The notes beneath the pieces are model-generated. The model was not told where the DNA came from, did not search any database, and saw nothing but the letters and a program-made list of their open reading frames with translations. From the NCBI GenBank assembly GCA_037834085.1, contig JBBMKC010208375.1:1-35198 (forward strand): DNA of 35,198 bases, written 5' to 3'. This document shows, one piece after another, positions 1 to 9,697 of the stretch. Source of the DNA: Bipalium vagum. Lineage: Eukaryota. Each line of letters starts with the position of its first letter. Within the stretch, counting starts at the first letter, position 1. The position numbers were made by a program, and so were the translations under genes.

Positions 1-99
1 TTTATAAAATATGATTACTATTAGGCTTCTAAAAAATTTTTTATAAGATTCCATGTGTTATACAAACATTTTAAAATAAAAATAATTTAATCTGATTTA

Positions 100-775
100 A
101 GTGGGGTTGTCACCCATGAAATGTGTAGTTCATAACATTGCCCACTATAATAATATTGTACCGTTCAGTTTTACATATTTATCCTGTTTAAAGAAATATT
201 TGTAAGCCGAAAAAATATTAATCAATATGTTTAATCAATTAATTTTATTTAAAATGAATATATCTGAAATGCAAATAACTATATTTTTATAATTGGAACA
301 ACGGCATCGCAGACCTCCCAAAATATTAATCGTGTATTTTGCTTCAATGTTCTTAGGCATCAGACAATATGTAATTGGTTCACCAAATTTCCACTAGGAA
401 TTTTTAACCTTACATACGAGTACGTGATCAAAGATCAGTAATGACAAATTAAGGATCAACATTTAGGCTCACTCATCTTAGAGTACCCATGAATTGTCGG
501 TGAAGTTTGATGCCAGTACACAAACAATATTAAATAGGAAAGTTAAAAATGTTGCATAAATGGGTTCCATATGAACTTCATGAAAAAGAAACAAAATCGT
601 TTGTAAGCTTGCTTGATGTTTGCTTTCTCGTCACAAATCTGATCATTTTTGAATAGAATTGTTTTCAGTTGTGACGAAAAATAGTTTAGATTTGACAATT
701 TCACACGTTTAACACAATGATCGCATAAATATAAGATTGGACAACCGAATAATGTTTGCAGTGATTTCGAATAAC
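100..775 (+). mobile_element. Decayed mariner (DD34D family, cecropia-like) 5' half
   Basis: ATG at 254; broken frames read TASQTSQNINRVF..QTICNWFTKF (HTH region), WVPYEL at 561-578 (mariner WVPHEL) and CDEK* at 670-684 (CDEKW with W->TAG). A TIR-like stretch GGGGTTGTCACCCATGAAATG lies near 103. Truncated at the TAT microsatellite. Confidence 0.85.
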
Positions 776-781
776 TAAATA

Positions 782-835
<54 letters not shown>
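782..835. repeat. (TAT)18 microsatellite
   Basis: Perfect trinucleotide run; source of the poly-Ile ORF 701..895. Confidence 0.97.
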
Positions 836-836
<1 letters not shown>

Positions 837-1275
837 ACAGTTTTTTTCTTAGTTTTCCTAGACGTGGTTTTGTTCACATTAAGAAAGATAATCAATTTTC
901 ACATTTCTTACGAATTTAAGTTTAAAATCCATTTGAGTCATTGTGATAAAATATTACCATGACAAACGGGATTATTTTCGGTTTGACTGATTAATTAATG
1001 AAAAATAATTATTATTATTCCAGAAAAAAAATAATTTGGCATGGGAAATTTTCGTGAATAATCATGAAATATTTTTTTGAAAATTGGTTCCTTACAAATA
1101 TTATGGAAGTATCGTTAGGAGAAGATGCTTTTTTCTCTTTCTGATATTATTAATTTTGGAAAAGAAAAATAAATTAAAATAGAAAAATTTTTCACATGAA
1201 CAAAATCGATATTCAATTTTAAACATTTTTTTCTGTCAAAAAAATTTTTTCAGTATTAAGAGTGTTTTTTTTAAG

Positions 1276-1492
1276 GTATGGCGATTAGATACTATTGTTG
1301 GAATGATGTTTCATGGTATGCCTATGTCTAGCACTGATACAAACATCATGGTTCATACTTGTGACCAAGAACTCTGTATCAGACCACAGCATCTTCGTTT
1401 CAAAGCCAGTTCTGTTTCTCTTGTGGTTGTTCTGAAGGCTCTTCAGCAAACCGGATACTCTATTATTCCCCCAGCAGATGAGAATTATTCCA
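1276..1492 (+). CDS. NFI: Internal coding exon of a Nuclear Factor I (NFI/CTF) family transcription factor: C-terminal half of the DNA-binding (MH1-like) domain
   Basis: Acceptor ttttttttaag|1276 and donor 1492|GTAAGT; phase 0 in, phase 1 out. Translation VWRLDTIVGMMFHGMPMSSTDTNIMVHTCDQELCIRPQHLRFKASSVSLVVVLKALQQTGYSIIPPADENYS aligns to the canonical NFI segment [25 protein letters not shown]...C...LCVQPHHI. Confidence 0.9.
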
Positions 1493-1834
1493 GTAAGTCT
1501 TGGAGATCAATTAATTTTTATTTTATATTATTTTAATATTTGTTTTTATCATTTGTGATACACATTGTTGACATATTTCATATTTCCTGACTAACGTTCT
1601 CTGGATAATTTCATCTTTATGGTCAGTAAGTTTTATCAAACAGTCTATTTGAGTTGACCCATCTTAACAGCTTTTCTCTCTGGGATTATGTTATGTTCCA
1701 TTCGCTTAAGCATGGAATATGTCGTTGGTTTAGACACTCATTTTATCAATAAATGCTTCACAATGGGGCTTTTTAGTATGAAGCTTGGATGTATCTTGGA
1801 TTTTCGAAGGATGCTTTCATTTGAAGTATTTGTC

Positions 1835-3148
1835 CTTGACATACTAAAATATTGGAAATAGATATTTTATCGATTAAACATTTCTAAGCAAGAAGATATA
1901 CTAGCCAAAATATGGATTTTAAAGATATTTAAGGTATGAAAGCAGCAGCAACACTTTTGTCCTTATTTATACGCGTCCCGTGTTGTATTTATTGCCATAA
2001 ATAATATTTTTCGTACATAATTTCCATTTTCTTAAATAAACAATTTGTTTTAATTAAGCTATGAATTTTTTTTTGTTTATTTCTGTGGACAATACTTTTT
2101 CAGAAGCCCTTACAAATTACATAGAAATAAATTATGTAAAACGATGACCATGATCTAAAGGCAAATGATGAAGAAATATTATTTAAAACTTTAACAAAGG
2201 ACGATTAGAAAGAGAATAACAGTAGCAAAAGTAGAACAAAAACAAAAACAAACGCTTTCACCAAGAAAGGTGATAATGGTAAACGTACCTTTCAAGATAA
2301 TAGTTGAAGAAATAATTATTATTACAGGTGATGTGGTAAAGGTAGCATAAGGTCGTTTTATGTAGCTTTAATGAATAAATATCAAAAACGAAACGTCTGA
2401 CAATAATAGTTATGATGAACAAATGAAAGGCGAGCATCGTTAAAAGCAGATTAGGATAATAAAAAAAAGCTGAAAGGAAATGAATTGAAAGAGAGGATTG
2501 TTTATAAATAAAATGAGGAGAACAATGGTCGAAGGGAGACGTGTATTTTCAATATTGAAAAGAGAGATTAGTGAAAAGAAAATTACGGAAAACATGTTTA
2601 GGAGCGACATGGTAATTAAAAGGAGAATAATGAAGACAGATTTCTTCGTGATATCAGCTTCATATTCTGACTGAAAATATTTCCTTCATTTGCTTTCAAT
2701 ACGAGGTCTAAAGACAAACCAAAGAGATACTTTGAGGGAAAAGGGAAATATGGATATCTCACTTTATACCTCCATCTTAATAGGAAAACGAGGTTGATGA
2801 GATACCCCATGATCTGTCAATGAAATATAAGGCTTAGATGATGTTTAAGTGGATCTTTACTGTGGTGGACCAAAGAAAGCTTTTCGACATAAATATGTTA
2901 ATATGGTCATTTTTGATATTCGGTATAATATTTTGTGGCTACCAGTTCCACTTTGAACTAAAAATTATCAATGATTACATCAACCATATGATACAATAAT
3001 GACCTGTTTGGGTCTAAATCAGGTTTCGCAATTGATATGGATCGGTGTCCACCATGGAACAGTGATATTATCACAGACAACCCTGCGATGCTAAAATTGA
3101 CATGTTTCACTACGCATCACCAAACATTTTATACTCGAAATGGTTAGA
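1835..3148. repeat. ~1.3 kb direct repeat, copy 1 (unclassified; partner 27229-28518)
   Basis: Colinear with 27229-28518 from CTTGACATACTAAAAT to ATACTCGAAATGGTTAGA; roughly 95% identical by eye, with a few indels. Confidence 0.97.
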
Positions 3149-3631
3149 AACGTCCGTACAAATTACGAAGATCAGTATTAATAATTATTAATAATAATTT
3201 AGAAAAATGTTTTTATAATATAAATTGCAGACGATTGTTGTTCATGAAAAATACATTTTAAACAATATAAAATATTTATTATTATTATAATAATTATCAT
3301 TATTATTTTATCATTATTATTTTTTTTGTTATTATCGTTTTTATTATTTTATTATTATCATCATCATATTCATCATTATTTACATTGCGAAAGATTTTCA
3401 AATTATTTATTTTTACACATTATATTTACAAAAAGCATTAGGAAATTAGAATATTTTAATTAATTAATTGAAAGGAATAATTAAATAAATGAGAATTTGA
3501 TTGTGGAGAGTGGAATTTACTTTGTTTAAATTGATAGACATACTGATATAGTGGGAATAAGAATGGGCGATGTTAATGTTGTTATTGCTCGAATTAATAA
3601 TTTCTTTTCTTTAATATTTTGTTCTTTTATT

Positions 3632-3658
3632 AATAATAATAATAATAATAATAATAAT
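3632..3658. repeat. (AAT)9 microsatellite
   Basis: Perfect AAT run. Confidence 0.95.
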
Positions 3659-5226
3659 TTTTTTTATTTTTATTATTTTTATTCGTATTATTCCAAAAAA
3701 GATTTTTTTATATCGATCCTCTTTTTAATGAAAAGACAAATTTTATATTTCCCATATTGCGCGTAATAATAATTTAATTTTAACCATTATTTTAACCATT
3801 TAAACATTGTTTCTTATTTTTTAAATGGAATTATGAAATTTTCCTGATTTAATAGACAGACTTAGACAGACCAGTTTGTCAAAATTCTAAAAATCAATGT
3901 TGACAGGACAGTTATTCTTTTAAGAAAGGATGGGCTTCAGATATTGAAATTATTCCAAGCCATTTGTTAATTACATAATGTACGAATGACATCAGGGTGA
4001 AGATGGGGAATTCCATTAAAATTTATTTTTCATTTCAAATATATTTTTTTTTTATTTTTTATTAAACTAAAATTTAATCTTATAATAACCGGAGTAATAA
4101 CAGCGAATGGGATATGTTTCTTTTTTTTCGAGTATTTTTCTTTTTATCATTTACTGTTTTATTTTCATGGAAACGATGAAATATTCAAATGTTTTTTACC
4201 AAAACGATTTTCCCGTCATCGTTTTTTCAATCGTTTATTTCAACGTTGAATTGTTTTTTTTAATTTCCATCACTTTAAACACGCACGTGCTGTTACGGAT
4301 GGAGACACATGCCAGATGTTACTGGAGAAGTCTGTTTGGATATAACATTTTGTTTTAATTTCGATTTTTAATTACTTTCCTTTATGTTATCATCGGGTAT
4401 TTATCAGAACGTGCAGCTAATATCGTTCTTTTGATTTTTGAGAAGCAAATCTAACAATTCTGTTTCTCTCTGCCACAGACCTGTGCTCATTTGCTATCCA
4501 TTTTAATCCTTGAGAATTACTAAATTCTCTCGTGAAAACAGATTTAAATTCTGCTGTGAATAATATACCTATGTCAACTAAAGTAAACATTAAAAGTGCT
4601 TCTCAGAAATTTCCCTTTCTATTTTCCTGATCTTGTACTTGTAAAAAAATCTATAAATACCAATATCTCCACTGGATAATAATAATAAATAATAATAATT
4701 ATCATTATTATTATTTAATATAAAAAGTTTTAATATATTATTATATTATTCTTTATATATTTTCACTGATATTATACATAGATATTTTATTAAATATTTA
4801 AATAAGGTATATTTTCGTACAATGAAATACAAGAAAATTGTAAAAAAATTCTTCATATATTTTCTTCATTTTTTTAAGGTTTAAAAATTTAAAGAAAAAA
4901 TATTATCATTATTATTATTATTATTCTGTGGAAATCTCCTTGATATATACAGTTTGTTTTGATCACTGGCAGATATAGGACATTTCTCTTCTATACAATC
5001 ATGTAACAAATGGGGATAAATATTAATAATAAACATAATATTTTCTTCTTCAAAAGAATATAAAAATATTATTTTTTTAAAAAAAGAATTCTTAATATTT
5101 TTACGGATAATTATTGTATTTATTATGTGGCAACCAGGTGTATAACTCCTTGTTGTATTAAAGAACGTGGTTTTCGTTTTAATTTAAAGACACGTGCAAT
5201 ATGCCTGAATTTCATATTAAAACAGG

Positions 5227-6118
5227 CCGGTGTGTGTATTAAGTAAGAATCCGATTTTGAGGCTCAGCAAACCATTTATGTAACATAATGAAATAAAATT
5301 TCAATTTACATTTTTCTAAGAATGAGAATTTCCGAAATTTATTGTGAGTGTTTAATTGGTTTAATATATCAATGTTATCGATTTTAATGTGGCTGAATTC
5401 AAATTTTCAATAATGTTTTCTATTGAAGAAAGAATGAAATCTGTGATTATTGATAGTTAAGATGGAATCAGTCACATTAATCTTAAGCATCTGAAATGGG
5501 AAAAGACATCTACAGTGATTTCGATAAAGATATTTGCAAAATTCAGAGACTGAAAGTGTTTGTTATCTTTGGAAATCTGGAGGACCATCAAATAAAGATG
5601 AACAAATATGCGAAATAAGTTAGGTTTATGAAAACGAATCTGAGACATCGCTAAAAACTCCTGGTAAGGGTATTGGTAAATTTTAATGCTAGAGCCAGGC
5701 AGTACGAAAAGATCTTCAACTTTATTTATACAAGATCAAAATTATCTATAAGTGACATGACAAAAACTCTGCTGAAAGGATTGGAATGTGCGAAAGCCTA
5801 ATTGATGAAGTCGACAATGATCTAACTTTCTGTCAAGTTCTGATTTTCACTGATGAAGCGACATGTTCCTTAAATGGATATGTCAACAACCAAAAGATTT
5901 CCAAGACAAGAAAGTTATTACTCAATTAATGTAGGCAGAATATAACCGGAAATGTGTCAAAGGGTTCTGAATGACCTTTGTAATCGCTTACTCGAATATC
6001 CAAAAATCAACGGTCATCTTGTAGAAAAATACTAAATTTTAATAAATAAATGTAACCGTGTCAAGAAGTTTACGTTATTACTTATTAAAGAGGGATACCT
6101 ACTTTATACAAGCACTTG
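5227..6118 (+). mobile_element. Internally deleted rosa/DD41D-type (Tc1/mariner superfamily) element with degenerate TIRs
   Basis: Starts MFSIEER; contains DLQLYLYKIKII, RIGMCESLIDEVDNDLTFCQVL and IFTDEATCSLNGYVNNQK (5843-5896, cf. FSDEAHFHLNGYVNKQN); ends INGHLVEKY*. Imperfect inverted repeats 5227-5252 and 6093-6118 match at 19/26. Confidence 0.8.
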
Positions 6119-7029
6119 GAATTATGAAATAAATGATGTCTATATTGTTAATACCTTCATCTTAAAGAAAAGTGATCACCTGAATTCGCTGAAAACTCAG
6201 ATTCCCTCTAGTCGCCTTACTTTTAATAGTACACCATAAGAAAAAATTTCTCGGTTCCTTTTATTGTTTGTATGTTGCGCTTGAGAATTACTCTTAAGGT
6301 TATCCCTATATTTAATGTTCTTTAATTAAGTATTATCAATATCGTCCCAATTAATATTTTACGCGTGAAAGGTAACGAAATATTCATTGATTATTCACTT
6401 GTAACTAATAAAACCCGTTTTACTTTTCGAGACAGTGATTGAGATTATAATGTAATGTGACGAATTAAAGACATTTATGGCTACAAAGGTGTACTGTCAA
6501 AGTGGAAATAGAAGAAATTACATTACGAAGAGTCAGAGATTCACTGTCCAGCAAAGGTTCAGCATTTCCCTAATTGAAGTGGGATATTGGATTTATTTGG
6601 TTCGTTTCAGATCTTTTCAGTATATTTCATTTTTGTCTTTTCTAATTCAAGTAACAAACCCCAAATTTCCTTTTCCTTTATTAATTTATCAATTTACGAG
6701 CTTCCCCTGGAGCACATACCCAATAATTGAAGTTAAATTATATTTACCGTCTCTTTGATTTCCCAAACGTAATTCTTTACGATTCGTGTCGAAAACTAAT
6801 TTACCATATCTCGTTATAATACTCTCTTTTCTCTCAACAAATGAAAACCTCATTTGGATATTTCGTCGATAGTGATTAGGGTTGGGTTTTCCAGTCAATA
6901 TTATTCGATTTCGCATAATTTTATTCTCAATCGTTCCAGCTCCTTTGCTCTTTTCTTCAAATTTGAAACTGTAAATAATATTTCTCGAGAAAAAAATTCC
7001 AAGGAATTAATTTCCAAACCTCAAAAAAT

Positions 7030-7290
7030 ATTATTATTATTATTATTAATGATAATAATAAAAATGATAATCATGTTATTATTAATAGTAGTAATAATAT
7101 TATTGATAATATTGATAATATAATAATATTAATATTAGTAATAATAATGATATAATAATATTATTAGTAGTAATAATAATAATAATATTATTAGTAGTAG
7201 TAGTAGTTATAATATTAATGATAATAATATTAATAATAGTAGTAGTAATAATAATATTATTAATGATAATCATTATTATTATTAGTTATT
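7030..7290. repeat. Compound TAT/AAT/AGT low-complexity microsatellite tract
   Basis: Interleaved TAT, AAT, GAT and AGT triplets. Confidence 0.9.
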
Positions 7291-9683
7291 AATCAATTTA
7301 TTTAGTTTACTCTAATTTTCGGCGTTTCGTTTTTAAAAATATGGAACTGTTTAAATTTGATATTTATTATTTATTATTCATAACTTTCTGAGATAATTGG
7401 TAAATTCAGTTCGATATTTACTATTGTGTTAATCACATTATGAGGTTGTATATCGGACTGTTTAACTCATTTTATTCAACTGCACCCCCCATATCAATAA
7501 TTGTGGATAATTGCCGCTGATTCATGGACCCAGTCTGCTGGAAACCATTAATATTTCATTCCAATTATATACCATTTGGAAGGAGGCTTTGTCCAATTAA
7601 GTTTTACATATCAAACTTTTCGTTTTAAGAACCCACCGGACTTTTGTGATGCCTGGAAGTTCTCTTCTCGGAATTTTTTATTTGGATACGATTTTTGTGA
7701 CTTCATTTTATTTTCCTTTTTGAATTCCCTGAGCACCATGGTATAGACTGAGAAAGAATAATGATAACTCAACGTGATCGTTACTGAAACCTTCACCAAT
7801 ATTTTTTTTAATTTTCAATTTTAAAATTATTGATTTGCGATACTTTTGTTCCATGGAAACAGTTTTTTTCAAAAAAATCGATTCTGGATTCTTTTTTTCC
7901 CTGTTAATTATCTCAGTTGGTTTTTAATTTTCAGTCCCCACGGCCAGCGTATGGAAATTAGAGAACGTTTTTATTTTTCGACTCCCGCTTAGCTTTCCTG
8001 AAAAAATGAAAATCTCATTTTTGTTTTAATCTTTCAAAAAATAATTTTACTCCTATATTTCCCTCTTCGCGATTCGTCATACCGAACCGATGAAATTTGT
8101 TTTTCTCCCCGGAATATTTACATTATCATTTTTATCCCATGCATCTATGAAATGTCGAATGGCAAGCAGAGTCGTGCAGCTGCATTTCACAGTGTAACGT
8201 CAGATGAAGATGCAATTTTCGCTGGAAATCTTTTTCGCTACGACTCTTTTCATGCTTCACCCACAGAATCGGCATTCCAACAGGAAATCTCTTACACTGA
8301 GGAACATGAACACTGATAATGGAGAGAAGAGATTTTCTCATACTCTTTCCTCTCGTTTTGTTAATTATTTTTTATCCCAATTTTTCTGATTGCTCGAAGA
8401 CAAGTGTTTCACCCATGAATGAAAACGAGTTGATTCTTGGATTCATTGATTTGTAATCTGTTAGCAAGATACATATATACATATACACATTGTCCGTGAG
8501 CGCGCCCCAGACTTTTCCAATGTATTTTTTGTGTTCTATTAGAAATTATTCCATTATCGCCAACCAGCGATGAGAACGGTTAATTGATAATTTTTCGAAA
8601 CGAAAATAACTTCTTTCTTCATTAACGGAACAAATTGAAGGAGCAAATGTAACAGAGATCCGAAAATTGAAATCATCTGTGTTTGATAATTTTGTCTCGG
8701 TAATTTGCGAAATAGATTTTCCCCCGAAAAAGTCTCACTGAAATTGTTTTGGTTTTGTTTTTTTATTATTATAGAAATTTTCCACGAATATTTTTCTAAA
8801 GGTTTTCTCTTTTCCACGTTCCACATGGGCCCAGACATCAATTAGGCCGAGTCGTGTTTTTATCCGTGAAATGTGTAATCGGTGGACTCAGCAATTAAAT
8901 TTTTAATTAAGATTAATTGAAATGCAATTGGGAAAAACAGCACTGCCATCAATATAATGAGAAATCGATTATTTCAATATCGATCTGCTCGCACAAAGTG
9001 TTATTGAGTATTGTATGGAATGTTTTATTGAATTTTTTTAATTAAATGAACAAAATACGAACCCCCCCCCAGTTTCATTAACAGTAACAATAGCAATAAC
9101 TATCACAATTAAAAACTGGTATTATGACCCTGTATGTATAACAGACTGATGTGGTCAGGACAAGGTATTTTCATCGACCTCGGAATTCTGGACTTGCGAG
9201 AACGTTCGTTTCTAAACCCAAAGTCCCCATGCCCTATAAAAAACTGATATTGTAAACAGTAATAAGAGCAACTTTAATAACAATTTTAATCATCCGTCGT
9301 TCATCGATTTGCAACATAAATGTTATCAATTAATTTAATTAGCTTAATATTAAATAATTGGAGAACGCGTGATAATTAATAATAGTTAATAATAGTTTTA
9401 GTAATATTAAAATATAGTAATAATAATAAAAATAATAAAAATGACATGAATTCATTCTTTGTTTATTTTTGTTGTACAAATAAATAAAGTAATACGCGAG
9501 ATTTGATCATGGATTCGATTGCGCCTGTAAAAGTGTAGGCTGGTCGGTCGTTGAGCTGATTGGCTGGTTTTGAATGAGTCATGCAATGTTTGGTCTTATC
9601 AAATCAGTCCATGTTCCAAACATAAATGGACTCTGAGAAAGTCTGCACTTGTCTGTGTGTGTAAGTGCAAACCTTCATTTTAG

Positions 9684-9697
9684 AATTCAGAAGCCCG
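9684..9697 (+). CDS. Candidate 14-nt microexon of the NFI gene
   Basis: ccttcattttag|AATTCAGAAGCCCG|GTGAGT: good acceptor and strong donor. Reads (K)FRSP after the phase-1 end of exon 1276-1492 and exits in phase 0. Confidence 0.4.

Noticed and set aside
701-895. ORFs 701..895, 3551..3766, 6854..7123 and 34593..34865
   Set aside because: Products of TAT/AAT microsatellites or the N gap.
1348-1398. MVHTCDQELCIRPQHL resembles an HNH/His-Me homing-endonuclease zinc loop (H.CD...C.NP.HL)
   Set aside because: The flanking VWRLD...F.G.P..STD and the downstream 17044 motif identify NFI. The MH1/NFI fold is related to His-Me finger nucleases, which explains the likeness.
1835-3148. Helitron, LTR-pair or Penelope/hammerhead interpretation of the 1.3-kb repeat
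   Set aside because: No TC...CTRR ends at an AT site, no TG...CA termini, PBS or internal gag-pol, and no CTGANGA/GAAA hammerhead core with stems.
9231-9262. TATA box GCCCTATAAAA
   Set aside because: No well-spaced initiator or downstream exon; the motif is common in AT-rich DNA.
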